From the human T2T-CHM13v2.0 reference genome, Homo sapiens, in assembly GCF_009914755.1 (NCBI RefSeq), contig NC_060932.1: DNA of 64,000 nucleotides; one strand, 5' to 3'. The translations under genes were made by a program, and so were the position numbers. Below, piece by piece: positions 51,925-63,327 of the stretch (positions are counted from its first letter, which is position 1; each line of letters starts with the position of its first letter). The notes under the pieces are model-generated. The model had not been told where the DNA came from. It worked only from the letters and a program-made list of their open reading frames with translations, and made no database searches.

Positions 51925-52322
51925 ACAAACAGACCCAGGTTTGAATTCCAGTCCTGCCCTCTCCTACGTGTGTGATCTTAGGGGAGTTGCCTGACCTTTT
52001 AAAGTATCAATTTTCTGATTTGCAAAATGGAGACAAGAATACCTACTTTGTAGGGTCAGTGGGAATATTAAATGAGGTAATGAGTACAATAATGCAAATA
52101 TTTATAGAACACTTACAATGGGCCAGGTGGGGTTCTAAGTGCTTAACGTTCATCACCTCATTTAATTTCCACATAGCCCTGTAAGGTAGGTACTATTGTT
52201 ACTAACTTCATCATACACTTGGGGAAACCAAGACATAGAGAAGTTAATGAACTTACCTAAAGTGGCAGAGTTGGGATTTGAACACAGGCAGTGTGGCTCT
52301 GAAGCCCACGCTCTTCATGGTA
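51925..52322. mobile_element. Two MIRs tail-to-tail (+ at ~51925-52085, - at ~52085-52322)
   Basis: AGACCCAGGTTTGAATTCCAG...GCAAAATGGAGACAAGAATACCTAC, then GTAAGGTAGGTACTATT...GGGGAAACCAAGACATAGAG...GGGATTTGAACACAGGCAG. Confidence 0.8.
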
Positions 52323-52334
52323 GACATGAATATG

Positions 52335-52688
52335 TGCCTCTAGATCACTCGTCAAGGAAGGTCCAGCTGCAGTGAGTGTCGGGGGTAAATCCCCTCCAGC
52401 TCTGAGCTTGGAGAAGGTCTCCTTCAGCTGCAGAGATGTCTCTTAGCCAGGGTCATACCCTTCCAGAGGAAGCCTGGAGCAATGTGATGGAGCAATGTGA
52501 GGTTGTGAAGGTCTGGCCACTTTAGCCTGATCCAGGGACACTGTGTTGGGCATATTCCACCCAGCACTCCATGCTGAGCGGGTTGAGGCTTCGGTGGGTT
52601 GAGGCTTTGCCCGATCTGCACTGTCATTAGCCTCCTGTGGCTGAATTCTGATTGTGTCCACTTCATTTCACAGGTGAGGATCCCTAAT
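52335..52688 (+). mobile_element. LTR16C-like ERVL LTR
   Basis: TTCAGCTGCAGAG...GGTCATACCCTTCC...AAGGTCTGGCCAC...TTCACAGGTGAGGATCCC. Confidence 0.6.
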
Positions 52689-52689
52689 T

Positions 52690-53635
52690 GAATTACATGG
52701 CTATTTCAGGTTGTCCCACAACTCACTGATGCTCTGTTCACAATAAAAATTCTTTTCTTTCTTTATTTCATTTTGGAGAGTTTCTTTTGCTGTTTTGAAG
52801 TTCACTGATTTCTTTCTTCTGCAAAGTCTCATCTGCCCTTAATATCAATGTATTTCTCATCTCACACATTATCGTCTTCATCTCTAGAAGTTAGATTTGA
52901 GTTTAAAAAATATCATTCATGTTCCTTTCTTGACCTTTAGAATATGTTGATCATAGTTATAATAACCACTTTAATATACTTGTCTGCTAATTTTTAACAT
53001 TTGTGTTTATTCTGGTTTGATTTAGATTAATTTTATTCCCTATTATGGATCTTATTTTCCTGCTTCTTTGCATGCCTGGTAATTTTTGATTGGCTAACAT
53101 ATATTGTGAGTTTTACCTTGTTGGGAGCTGGATATTTTGTGTCCCTATAAATATTCTTGAGGTTTGTTCTGAGACACAAATTACTTTCTAACAGCATGAT
53201 CCTTTGAGTTCTTGGATTTAAGATACATGAGACAGGACCAGAGAAGTGTTTATTCCAGAACTAATTTTTTTCCCCACTACTGAGGCAAACAAACCCTTTT
53301 GAGTACTCTACCCAATGGCCCACACATCATAAGGTTTTCAAGCCTGTTAGAGGCAGGCACTATTCCTCACCCTCTTTGAGTGCTGGGTGCTATTCCCTTT
53401 AACCTTTTCAGGTGGTTCTTTCGCCAGCTTCAAGTGCTTTCCTCACACAAATGTGCTAACTAGAACTCTGCTCAATATTTGCGGGGGACACTCTGCAGAT
53501 CCTTTGTTGCCTAGCATCCAGTGTTTTGATGACAATTGTTTTAGATATTTTGTTTTATTTTGGGGGAGTTATTTTAGGCAGGAGGATAATTATGGTTCAT
53601 GTTATCCCATCTTGGCCAGAAGTGGAAATCTTTTT
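52690..53635 (-). mobile_element. Old L1M (ME-type) 5' region
   Basis: TTTTCCTGCTTCTTTGCATGCCTGGTAATTTTTGATTGG...CCCATCTTGGCCAGAAGTGGAAATC terminus. Confidence 0.75.
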
Positions 53636-54254
53636 TTTAAACCCATAAAGTTTATAAAAATACAGGATAACTTAAGATTTGGGGGAGTCATAAAAATTCT
53701 AGAAATAATTATTTCTTTTTTCTGGTAGATACTATGGCACTACACCTAGATCCCCATATCAGGGGCAATAATGCATCTCCTAGTTCTGGGAGCATGAGCT
53801 TCTAAGAATCACGGATGTGCTCCTCATTGAGAATTGGCCTTCAGACATACAGAACCGAGAGGATGATTGGCACTGAGTGAAACACACAAGTGTATCTCTT
53901 GCCACTGCTGTGCTTAAGTCTAATGTTCAATGGACAAGCACAGCTGCCACAGCCTGTTGGGTACTTGGGAACGAAGGGCTTTAACCCCTCAGGAGTGAGA
54001 GTTGGGATCACACCCATGAGCTGCCTGGAGGTAAGATTTGCTGAGGGCAGGGATAGTCCAGAGTGGGTGGTGAGGAGGGGTGAATGGGTGCCAGTTGCAG
54101 CTTGGGTAGACTACTGAGAGGGCCATTTTTTACCCTTTTAACTCTGAGATACCCAGGAAATAAGGCCAGCAAAAATTCTGGAGTGCTGTTCACAGGTGGA
54201 AATATTTACAATAAGAGCATGGATCTGAGCAGTATAAGAGGAGGGCCATAGTTG

Positions 54255-54500
54255 ATACCATGGTGCTCCGCAAAGACGAATCCTTCCTCAGCACCAGAGC
54301 TATTCTCAGCTTCTGTGAATATTACCTGCTGGTTTCTCACAGCTGTGTCCCTCACCAGGCATTGACCTTGGGAACAGGGAACTGCCCACCCAAGGCTATA
54401 TGCCTCCCCAGAGAGTGGCCCACAACCAGTGACGGGCTGATGTGAGCATGTAAGGACTGGTCCCTTTTCCCCATCCTGTCAGGAACTCAGTTGGTCTGGA
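54255..54500 (+). mobile_element. LTR16-family fragment
   Basis: CCCAAGGCTATATGCCTCCCCAGAGAGTGGCCCACAACCAGTGACGGGCTGATG. Confidence 0.5.
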
Positions 54501-54741
54501 GAGTGGAGATAAGTGGTCAGTTGTCAAAGTTGCCAGCTAAAACAGCAAGCCAGTAGTAAAACAGTTACACCTCTAATTATTTTCTGCAATGGTGCAAGCA
54601 AGAGACTTTAAAAAATGTCTCTCACTTGTGTTTTTCTGCCTAGGTTCTTCTCTTTGATGTTCTGGTTTCAGAGACCATTTAAAAATTCTCATCACTATTG
54701 CTGATGTTGGTAACAACATCTGTCTCCTGGGACTCTGACAA

Positions 54742-55185
54742 GTACAAACCCCTATGCCAGGATTGCTGTATCAAAGTATCACAAACTAGGTGACTTGAAC
54801 AGCAGAAATGTCTTGTCTCACAGTCCTGGATGCTGGAAGTCCAAGGACAAGGTTTTAGTAAGGTTGGTTCCTTTTGGGAGCTGGGAGAGAGAATCTGTTC
54901 TAGGCTTCCCTTCTAGCTTCCTGTGACTTGCATTTCTTGGTGCATAAAAGCATCAAGCAATCTTTGCCTTGATCTTCCCATGGTGTTCTCCTTGTGTGCA
55001 TGTCTGTGTCCAAATTTACCCTTTTTATGAGGACACAGGTTCTATTGGATTAAGGCTCAAGATCACCTCATCTTAACTAATTGCATATGCAATGACCTAT
55101 TTCCAAAGTAGGCCACATTCTAAGGTACTGGGGGTTAGGACTTCAACCTATGAATTTTAGTGGGGATACAACTCAACCCACAATA
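54742..55185 (-). mobile_element. MLT1C-like solo LTR
   Basis: TCACAAACTAGGTGACTTG...TGGAAGTCCAAG...CCTCATCTTAACTAATTGCAT...GGTACTGGGGGTTAGGACTTCAAC. Confidence 0.85.
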
Positions 55186-55811
55186 TATTACATTCTTGAA
55201 GTCTTCACTGCAGTGAAGTTGCACTCTATTGCACTGGGAGATGGCACTGGGGACCGGTGTATATGGTGGGGAGATGCTACTGTCTCCAACTCCACCATGC
55301 TCTGTCACTTGAACTAGAAAGGAATTAGGTACCATCCCACCCTCCTCCAGCCACACTGAAAACCACACCCTCAGCTCCACCTGCTGCTTTTTGACCCCTC
55401 AGACCCTGGTGCCATTTGAAGGGTTTAGTGAAGACAAATCTCAGGTTTTCTTTACTCTGTCCCTCTCCCTGGGTGCCTACGCACATAAATGTGCTCTTGC
55501 ATTCTCTTTCACCTGCAATAAAAAAGAGTGAGGTATACTGATCTACACTTATCACCTACCAAGCTCTCTAAGGTAAGGTAAGTCCCTTCCTGTTATGTTT
55601 TCACTTTCAAGACCTACATACCCCACCCAAAGAAGGAGCCTTTGTCCAGCCATTAGGACTTTTTTTTTTTTTTTTTGCAGGGTTGGGTGATGTATGGAGA
55701 GGAGAGGGAAAGAAGTAATGAGGAAGAGAGCCAGAAGGCTGGAGTCACTGCCAGAGAGAGAGAGATAGAAAGAGCAAGAGAGACAGATTATTATGGGGGC
55801 TATTAAATTTG

Positions 55812-55817
<6 letters not shown>

Positions 55818-55860
<43 letters not shown>
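55818..55860. repeat. (AC)21 microsatellite 9 bp upstream of the provirus
   Basis: Seen directly. Confidence 0.96.
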
Positions 55861-55862
<2 letters not shown>

Positions 55863-55869
55863 GTGATAT

Positions 55870-56233
55870 TGTCAGGCCTCTGAGCCCAAGCCTGCACGTA
55901 TACATCCAGATGGCCTGAAGCAAATGAAGAATCACAAAAGAAGTGAACATGGCTGGATCCTGCCTTAACTGATGACATTACCTTGTGAAATGACTTCTCT
56001 TGGCTCAGAAGCTCCCCCACTAAGCACCCTGTGACCTCCGCCCCTGCCCACCAAAGAACAACCCCCTTTGACTAATTTTCCATTACCTACCCAAATCCTA
56101 TAAAACAGCCACACCCCATCACCCTTCGCTGACTCTCTTTTCCAACTCAGCCTGCCTGCACCCAGGTGATTAAAAAACTTTATTGCTCACACAAAGCCTG
56201 TTTAGTGGTCTCTTCATATGGATGCCTGTGAAA
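55870..56233 (+). promoter_or_regulatory. HERV-H 5' LTR (LTR7 family)
   Basis: TGTCAGGCCTCTGAGCCCAAGC...GTGAAA; TATAAAA at 56099-56105; ATTAAA at 56169-56174. Confidence 0.97.
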
Positions 56234-56235
56234 TT

Positions 56236-56253
56236 TGGTGCCGTGACTCGGAT
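56236..56253 (+). other. Primer-binding site, tRNA-His
   Basis: TGGTGCCGTGACTCGGAT is an 18/18 complement of the tRNA-His(GUG) 3' end AUCCGAGUCACGGCACCA. Confidence 0.96.
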
Positions 56254-56376
56254 CTGGGGACCTCCCTTGGGAGATCAATCCCCTGTCCTCCTGCTCTTTG
56301 TTCTGTGAGAAAGGTCCACTTATGACCTTGGGTCCTCAGACCAACCAGCCCAAGAAATATCTCACGGATTTTAAAT

Positions 56377-56385
56377 CGGGTAAGT
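56377..56385 (+). promoter_or_regulatory. HERV-H major splice donor
   Basis: CGG|GTAAGT about 145 nt downstream of the 5' LTR, at the usual position. Confidence 0.8.
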
Positions 56386-56829
56386 GGCCTCTCTTTACTC
56401 TCTTCTCCAACCTCTCTCACTATCCCTCAACTTCTTTTTCCTTTCAGTCTTGGCGCCATCCTTCAATCTCTCTCTTCTCTTAATTTCAGTTCCTTTCCTT
56501 TTCTGGTAGAGACAGAGGAGACGCGTTTTATCCGTGAACCCAAAACTCCAGTGCCGGTCACGAACTCAGGAAAACTGTCTTCCCTTGGTGTTTAATCACT
56601 TAATCACTGTGGGGACGCCTGCTTGATTACTCACCCACATTTCAGTGGTGTCTGATCACTACGGGGATGCCTGCCTTGATCCTTCACCCTTGGGGCAAGC
56701 ACCCCCCACCCTTTCTCTCCATGTCTCTACCCTCTCTTTTCTCTCCACTTTCCTGGGGGGGGCAAGCACCCCCCACCCCTTCTCTCCGTGTCTCTATCCT
56801 CTCTTTTCTCTGGGCTTGCCTCCTTCACT

Positions 56830-58048
56830 ATGGGTAACCTTCTACCCTCCATTCCTCCCTCTTCTCCCTTAGCCTGGGTTCCCAAAAACGTAAAACCTGA
56901 ACTCACACCTGACCTAAAACCTAAACACCCTATTTTCTTCTGCAATGCCACTTAACCACAAAACAAACTTGACAATGGTTCCAAATAGTCAGAAAATGAC
57001 ACTTTCAATTTTTCCATCCTACAAGATCTAGATAATTCTTGTCATAAAATGGACAAATGGTCTGAGGTGCCTGACATCTAGGCATCCTTTTACACATCAG
57101 TCCCTCCCTAGTCTCTGCTCTGAATGCAACTCATCCCAAATCTTCCTTCTTTCCCTCCCTCCTGTACCCTCAGTTCCAACCTCAAGTGTTGCTGAGTCTT
57201 TTCAATCTTCCCTTTTCACCGACCCATCTGAACTCTCCCCTTCTCCCCAGACTGCTTCTCCTCAGGTTGCTCCGTGCCAGGCTGAATCAGGCTCCAATTC
57301 TTCCTCAGCCTCCACTACCCCACCCTGTAATCCTTCTATCACCTCCCCTCCTCACACACGGTCTGGCTTACAGTTTTGTTCCACAACTAGCCCTCCCCCA
57401 CCTGCCCAGCAATTTCCTTTTAAAAAGGTGGCTAGAGCTAAAGGCATTAGTCAAGGTTAATGCTCCTTTTTCTTCATCTCTCTCTTTGACCTCTCTCAAA
57501 TCAGTTAGCGTGTAGGCTCTTTTTCATCAAATATAAAAACCCAGCCCAGTTCATGGCCCATTTGGCAACAACCGTTAGACGCTTTATAGCCCTAGACCCT
57601 GAAGGGTCAGAAGGCTGTCTTATTCTCAATATGCATTTTATTACCCAATCCGCTCCCAACATTAAGTAAAGCTCCAAAAATTAAATTCTGGCCCCCAAAC
57701 CCCACAACAGGACTTAATTAACCTCGCCTTCAAGGTGTACGATAATAGAGAAGAGTTGCAATTATGTGCCTCTGCTGTGAGAGAAACCCCAGCCACATCT
57801 CCAGCACAAAAGAACTTCAAAACACCTAAGCCACAGTGGTCAGGCATTCCTTCAGGACTTCCTCCCCCAAGATCTTGCTTCAAGTGCTGGAAATCTGGCT
57901 ACTGGGCCAAGGAATGCCCGCAGCCCAGGATTCCTCCTAAGCTGTGTCCCATCTGTGTGGGACCCCAGTGGAAATTGGACTGTCCAACTGGCCCAAGGCT
58001 CTGACTGACTCCTTCTCAGATCTTCTCGGCTTAGCGGCTGAAGTCTGA
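56830..58048 (+). pseudogene. gag: HERV-H gag, defective
   Basis: Starts MGNLLPSIPPSSPLA; contains LQDLDNSC..KWSEVP. NC knuckles CFKCWKSGYWAKEC and CPICVGPQWKLDC have both lost His. Multiple stops. Confidence 0.9.
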
Positions 58049-58370
58049 CGCTGCCCGATCACCTCAGAAGCCTCCTGGACAATCACAGATGCTTTGGGTA
58101 ACTCTTACAGTGGAGGGTAAGTCTGTCCCCTTCTTAATCAATACAGAGGCTACCCACTCCACATTACCTTCTTTTCAAGGGCCTGTTTCCCCTCCCTCCA
58201 TAACAGTTGTGGGTATTGACGGCCAGGCTTCTAAACCTCTTAAAACTCCCCAACTCTGGTGCCAACTTGGACAATATTCTTTTATGCACTCCTTTTTAGT
58301 TATCCCCACCTGTCCGGTTCCCTTATTAGGCTGAGACACTTTAACTAAATTATCTGCTTCCCTGACTATT
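58049..58370 (+). pseudogene. pro: HERV-H protease, defective
   Basis: VTLTVEGKSVPFLINTEATHSTL (DTG changed to NTE)...VVGIDGQ...PVPLLG*D. Confidence 0.9.
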
Positions 58371-60850
58371 CCTAGGCTACAGCCACACCTCATTGCCACC
58401 CTTTTCCCCAGTTCAAAGCCTCCTTCACATCCTCCCCTTGTATCTCCCCACCTTAATCCACAAGTATAGGACACCTCTACTCCCTCCTTGGTGACCCATC
58501 ATGCACCCCTTACCATCCCATTAAAACCTAATCCCCATTCAATGCCAATATCCCATCCCACAGCACAGTTTAAAAGGATTAAAGCCTGTTATCACTTGCC
58601 TGTTACAGCAAGGCCTTTTAAAGGCTATAAACTCTCCTTACAATTTCCTCATTTTACCTGTCCTAAAACCAGACAAGCCTTACAGGTTAGTTCAGGATCT
58701 GCGCCTTATCAACCAAATTGTTTTGTCTATCCACCCCATCGTGCCAAACCCATATACTCTCCTATCCTCGATACCTCCCTCCACAACCCATCTGTTCTAG
58801 ATAAACCTAGCTGACCCCATAAATCCTAAATCCTTTCCTCATTCACCTTTCCATTCCTTAAAAAACAGCCCTAAAAGCTGCTCCCATACTAGCTCTCCCT
58901 AACTCATCCCAACCTTTTTCTTTTTTATTTCTTTTCTTTTCTTTTTTTTTGAGAAGGAGTCTCACTCTGTTGCCCAGGCTGGAGTGCAGTGGCGTGATCT
59001 CGGCTCACTGCAAGTTCCGCCTCCTGGGTTCACACCATTCTCCTGCCTCAGCCTCCCCAGCAGCTAGGACTACAGGTGCACACCACCACACCCAGCTAAT
59101 TTTTGTATTTGTAGTGGAGACGGGGTTTCACTGTATTAGCCAGGATGGTCCCAATCTCCTGACCTTGTGATCTGCCCCCACCTTGGGCTCCCAAAGTACT
59201 GGGATTACAGGCGTGAGCCAACACACCTGACCATCCCAACCTTTTTCATTACACACAGCCAAAGTGCAGGGCTGTGGGGTCAAAATTCTTACACAAGGAC
59301 CGGGACCGCTCCCTGTGGCCTTTTAATCCAAACAACTTGACCCTACTGTTTTAGCCTAGCCCTCATGTCTGTGTGCGGCGGCTGCCGCTGCCTTAATACT
59401 TTTAGAGGCCCTCAAAATCACAAAGTATGCTCAACTCACTTTCTACAGTTCTCATTTCTTCCAAAATCTATTTTCTTCCTCACACCTGACACATACACTT
59501 TCTGCTCCCCAGCTCCTTCAGCTATACTCACTCTTTATTGAGTCTCCCACAATTACCATTGTTCCTGGCCCAGACTTCAATCCAGCCTCCCATATTATTC
59601 TGGATACCACACCTGACCCCCATGACTGTATCTCTCTAATCCACCTGACATTCACTCCATTTCCTCTTATTTCCTTCTTTCCTGTTCCTCACCCTGATCA
59701 CACTTGGTTTATTGATGGCAGTTCCACCAGGCTTAATCGTTGCTCACCGGCAAAGGCAGGCTATGCTATAGTATCTTCCACATCTGTCATTGAGGCTACC
59801 AGTCTGCCCCACTGCACTACCTCTCAGCAAGCCGAACACATTGCCTTAACTTGAGCCCTCACTCTTGCAAAGGGATGACGTGTCAATATTTACACTGACT
59901 AAATATGCCTTCCTTATCCTGCACACCATGCTGTTACATGGGCTGAAAAAGGTTTTCTCCGTAAGTAAGGGTCCTCCATCATTAATGCCTCTTTAATAAA
60001 AATTCTTCTCAAGGCCACTTTACTTCCAAAGAAAGCTGGAGTCATTCACTGCAAGGGCCATCAAAAGGCATCAGATCCCATCCCTCAGGGCAATGCTTAT
60101 GCTGAGAAGGTAGCTAAAAACCAGCTAGACTTCCAACTTCAGTCCCTCACGGCCAGTTTTTCTCCTTTTTATGGGTCACTCCCACCTACTCTCCCACTGA
60201 AACTTCCACCTATCAATCTCTTCCCACACAAAGCAAATGGTTCTTGGACCAAGGAAAATATCTCCTTCCAGCCTCATAGGCCCATTCTGTTCTGTCATCA
60301 TTTCATAACATCTTCCATGTAGGTTACAAGCCACTAGCCTGTCTCTTAGAACCTCTCATTTCTTTTCCATCATGGAAATCTATCCTCAAGGAAATCAGTT
60401 CTCAGTGTTCCATCTGCTATTCTACTAATCCTCAGGGAGTGTTCAGGCCCCCTCCCTTCCCTACACACCAAGCTCGGAGATTTGCCCCTGCCCAGGACTG
60501 GCAAATTGACTTTACTTACATGCCCCAGTCAGGAAACTAAAATACCTCTTGGTCTGGATAGACACTTTCGCTTTATAGGCAGAGGCCTTTCCCACAGGGT
60601 CTGAAAAGGCCACCACAGTCATTGCTTCCCTTCTGTTAGACATAATTCCTTGGTTTGGCCTTCCCACTTCTATACAATCCAATAATGGACCGGCCTTTAT
60701 TAGTCAAATCACCCAAGCAGTTTTTCAGGCTCTTGGTATTCAGTGGAATCTTCATACCCCTTACCATCTTCAATCTTCAGGAAAGGTAGAACAGACTAAT
60801 GGTCTTTTAAAAACACACCTCACCAAACTCAGCCTCTAACTTAAAAAGGA
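58371..60850 (+). pseudogene. pol: HERV-H pol remnant (partial RT, RNase H, integrase)
   Basis: YRLVQDLRLINQIV; the RT core is missing after SVLD (~58802), with no YxDD; RNase H WFIDGSS and VNIYTD; IN DWQIDF, SIQSNNGPAF and QSSGKVEQTNGLLK. Confidence 0.92.
58921..59232 (-). mobile_element. AluY inserted in HERV-H pol
   Basis: Y diagnostics GCAAGTTCCGCCTCCTGGGTTCACACCATTCTCC and TTAGCCAGGATGGT. TSD ATCCCAACCTTTTTC at 58906-58920 and 59233-59247. Confidence 0.93.
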
Positions 60851-60857
60851 GGACTCT

Positions 60858-61130
60858 ATCAAGGATAGAGCTCCAAAATTCACCGACCAAGCAAGTAATA
60901 ACGCTGAACCCCCTTGGGCACGCTCTAATTGGATGTCCTGGGTCCTCCCAATTCTTAGTCCTTTAATATCTGTTTTTCTCCTTCTCTTATTTGGACCTTG
61001 TGTCTTCCATTTCATTTTTCAATTCATACAAAACCGCATCCAGGCCATCACCAATCATTCTATACAAGAAACGCTCCTTCTAACAACCCCACAATATCAC
61101 ACCTTCCCACAAAATCTTCCTTCAGCTTAA
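60858..61130 (+). pseudogene. env: HERV-H env remnant (TM anchor and cytoplasmic tail)
   Basis: KDRA...AEPPWARSNWMSWVLPILSPLISVFLLLLFGPCVF...IQNRIQAI...QNLPSA*. Confidence 0.9.
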
Positions 61131-61291
61131 TCTCTCCCACTCTAGGTTCCCATGCCACCCCTAATCCCACTCGAAGCAGCCCTGAGAAACATCCCGATTA
61201 TCTCTCCATACCACCCCCCAAAAATTTTCGCTGCCCCAACATTTCAATACTATTTTATTTTATTTTTCTTATTAATATAAGAAGACAGGAA

Positions 61292-61655
61292 TGTCAGGCC
61301 TCTGAGCCCAAGCCTGCACTTGTACAACCAGATGGCCTGAAGCAAGTGAAGAATCACAAAAGAAGTGAAAATGGCTGGTTCCTGCCTTAACTGATGACAT
61401 TACCTTGTGAAATTCCTTCTGGCTCAGAAGCTCCCCCACTGAGTACCTTGTGACCCCCGCCCCTGTCCGCCAAAGAACAACCCCCTTAGACTGTAATTTT
61501 CCATTACCTACCCAAATCCTATAAAACAGCCCCACCCCTATCTCCCTTCACTGACTCTCTTTTCAGATTCAGCCCGCCTGCACCCAGGTGATTAAAAAGC
61601 TTTATTGCTCACACGAAGCCTGTTTGGTGGTCTCTCCACTTGGACGCGTATGAAA
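61292..61655 (+). promoter_or_regulatory. HERV-H 3' LTR with an ATTAAA poly(A) signal
   Basis: Direct repeat of the 5' LTR; ATTAAA at 61591-61596. Confidence 0.97.
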
Positions 61656-62734
61656 GATATATATATGAGATATATAGATATATAAATCTCTCAGTGTTTT
61701 TTGACACCCTTAGGAAATATCTTCAAAGATTTTGTAGTCAGATTTGTGTGTGTGGAAGGGGGAGGTGCTTTGGGATATAACCATGTGTTGAGATTTACCT
61801 TAAGGCATTAACATGGCAGCTATACTGAAGGCTCAACACCCCCACGTCCTCATGCCAAGCCTCATGCCCATCAGCTCCTTGGTTGGTAGCGCTGCCCCAA
61901 CCAGGATCATGATGGCCCAGATTGACTCAATCACAGGTTAAGCTTGAGATGAAATCTTGGAAATGCAACCACCTTTAGAGTTTAAGAAGTCCTTCATTCA
62001 AACTATTATTTGGTCTTGAGACTATCCTTTGTGGTAGGCAGAGAAGATGGGCACAGAGAAGGTGGCTTAACTTGTACTAAGTCTCAGAGAGTGAGGGTTT
62101 TATCTTGAGATGCTGTCCCTTACAATACACACGCGTGTTGCAGCTCGCGTGCCCTGCAGCTGGCCTGTTGTGTGAACAGTGAGCACATTACAGGAGTGAA
62201 TTTTTCAACAGGTGAGTAATAATCCTAGAGAGTCATTGAAACTGACTTTAAGAACTAAAAAAAAAACAACAAAATTAAGGGGCCATCTAAAATGTCTAAC
62301 CTTTCCTCCCATTACAATTCTTTTTTGATATCAGGATGATTTCTATGATTACCCTTATGCAGCTTTGATCATCTCTCTAAACCAGTTCCCCCAAGTGTTT
62401 TATGTCACCTTCCAAACATGGTCTTAGAACCATGTGTGCATGCAGGTATGTAGGATGTTTGTTTCTCCAGTTAGGATCTGATTTTCCACCAGAGGCACTC
62501 TGTTTCTGCAGAATCTCTGACAATGCACGGATTAAATAATTAGCAAACTTCTGCGAAGAGAGTGGTGCAGGGGAGCCTGGACGGGGCAGTGGGCAGAGAC
62601 ATTTTTAGTTTGCTTTAATGTCTTTCCCTTTTCTTTTCTTTTTTTTTTGCATCTTTTAATGTAATTGTATGTACATATTACATAAAATTTTTTTTATGGA
62701 CCAAAATAAGTCAGCAGACAAAAGTATGATCTAT

Positions 62735-62870
62735 GATCTAGAGGTCAAGCTGTTCAAATCCCAGTTCTCCCTTTTACTAGTCTGTGTCTAGGACTGGTTA
62801 CTTAACCTGTTTAACTCGAGGTATTTTTTAATCTGTAAAAATGGAGATAATACTCATTTCTAGAAAGTTA
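62735..62870 (+). mobile_element. MIR fragment; its tail probably resumes at ~63340-63420
   Basis: GTTCAAATCCCAGTTC...GTTACTTAACCT...ATCTGTAAAAATGGAGATAATAC. Confidence 0.75.
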
Positions 62871-62871
62871 T

Positions 62872-63160
62872 TTGCATTTTGCAGGGCCCAAAGCTTTTAA
62901 AACTATGAAAGCCTTCCTTAAGAAAAAGAATATGAAATATGTATTTAAGATTAGGTATGAAAGTTAATATTTATGTAGGAAGAGAAAATAAATCAAACAG
63001 ATGATACATTTAAACAATAACTGACAAATATCACAAACCTCAGAACGCTTGTGGCCATGTGAACACATTAGTAGGACATCTCACGGAGCCTTGGCAAAGG
63101 CCGGTGGAAAGAGAGGCCTTGAGACTTCAGCTTTACCAACTTTGCGGTAGAAATGCCTAT
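62872..63160. mobile_element. MER115/Zaphod-like hAT-Tip100 element, internally deleted
   Basis: TTAAGAAAAAGAATA...TTAGGTATGAAAGTTAATATTTAT...CTGACAAATATCACAAAC and CCATGTGAACACATT...GCCTTGG...CTTCAGCTT match the recalled consensus ends. Confidence 0.6.
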
Positions 63161-63180
63161 GCTTGCGTTGTGACGGGCAA

Positions 63181-63327
<147 letters not shown>

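Larger units (their letters stand above)
55870..61655 (+). mobile_element. HERV-H provirus (LTR7-family LTRs, internally deleted, non-autonomous)
   Basis: Two 364-bp LTRs; 5-bp TSD GATAT at 55865-55869 and 61656-61660; His PBS; gag/pro/pol/env remnants; PPT AAGAAGACAGGAA at 61279-61291. Confidence 0.98.

Noticed and set aside
58134-58150. Protease D>N (and integrase D>N) as APOBEC evidence
   Set aside because: Both probably sit in ancestral CpG contexts, so ordinary methyl-C decay explains them.
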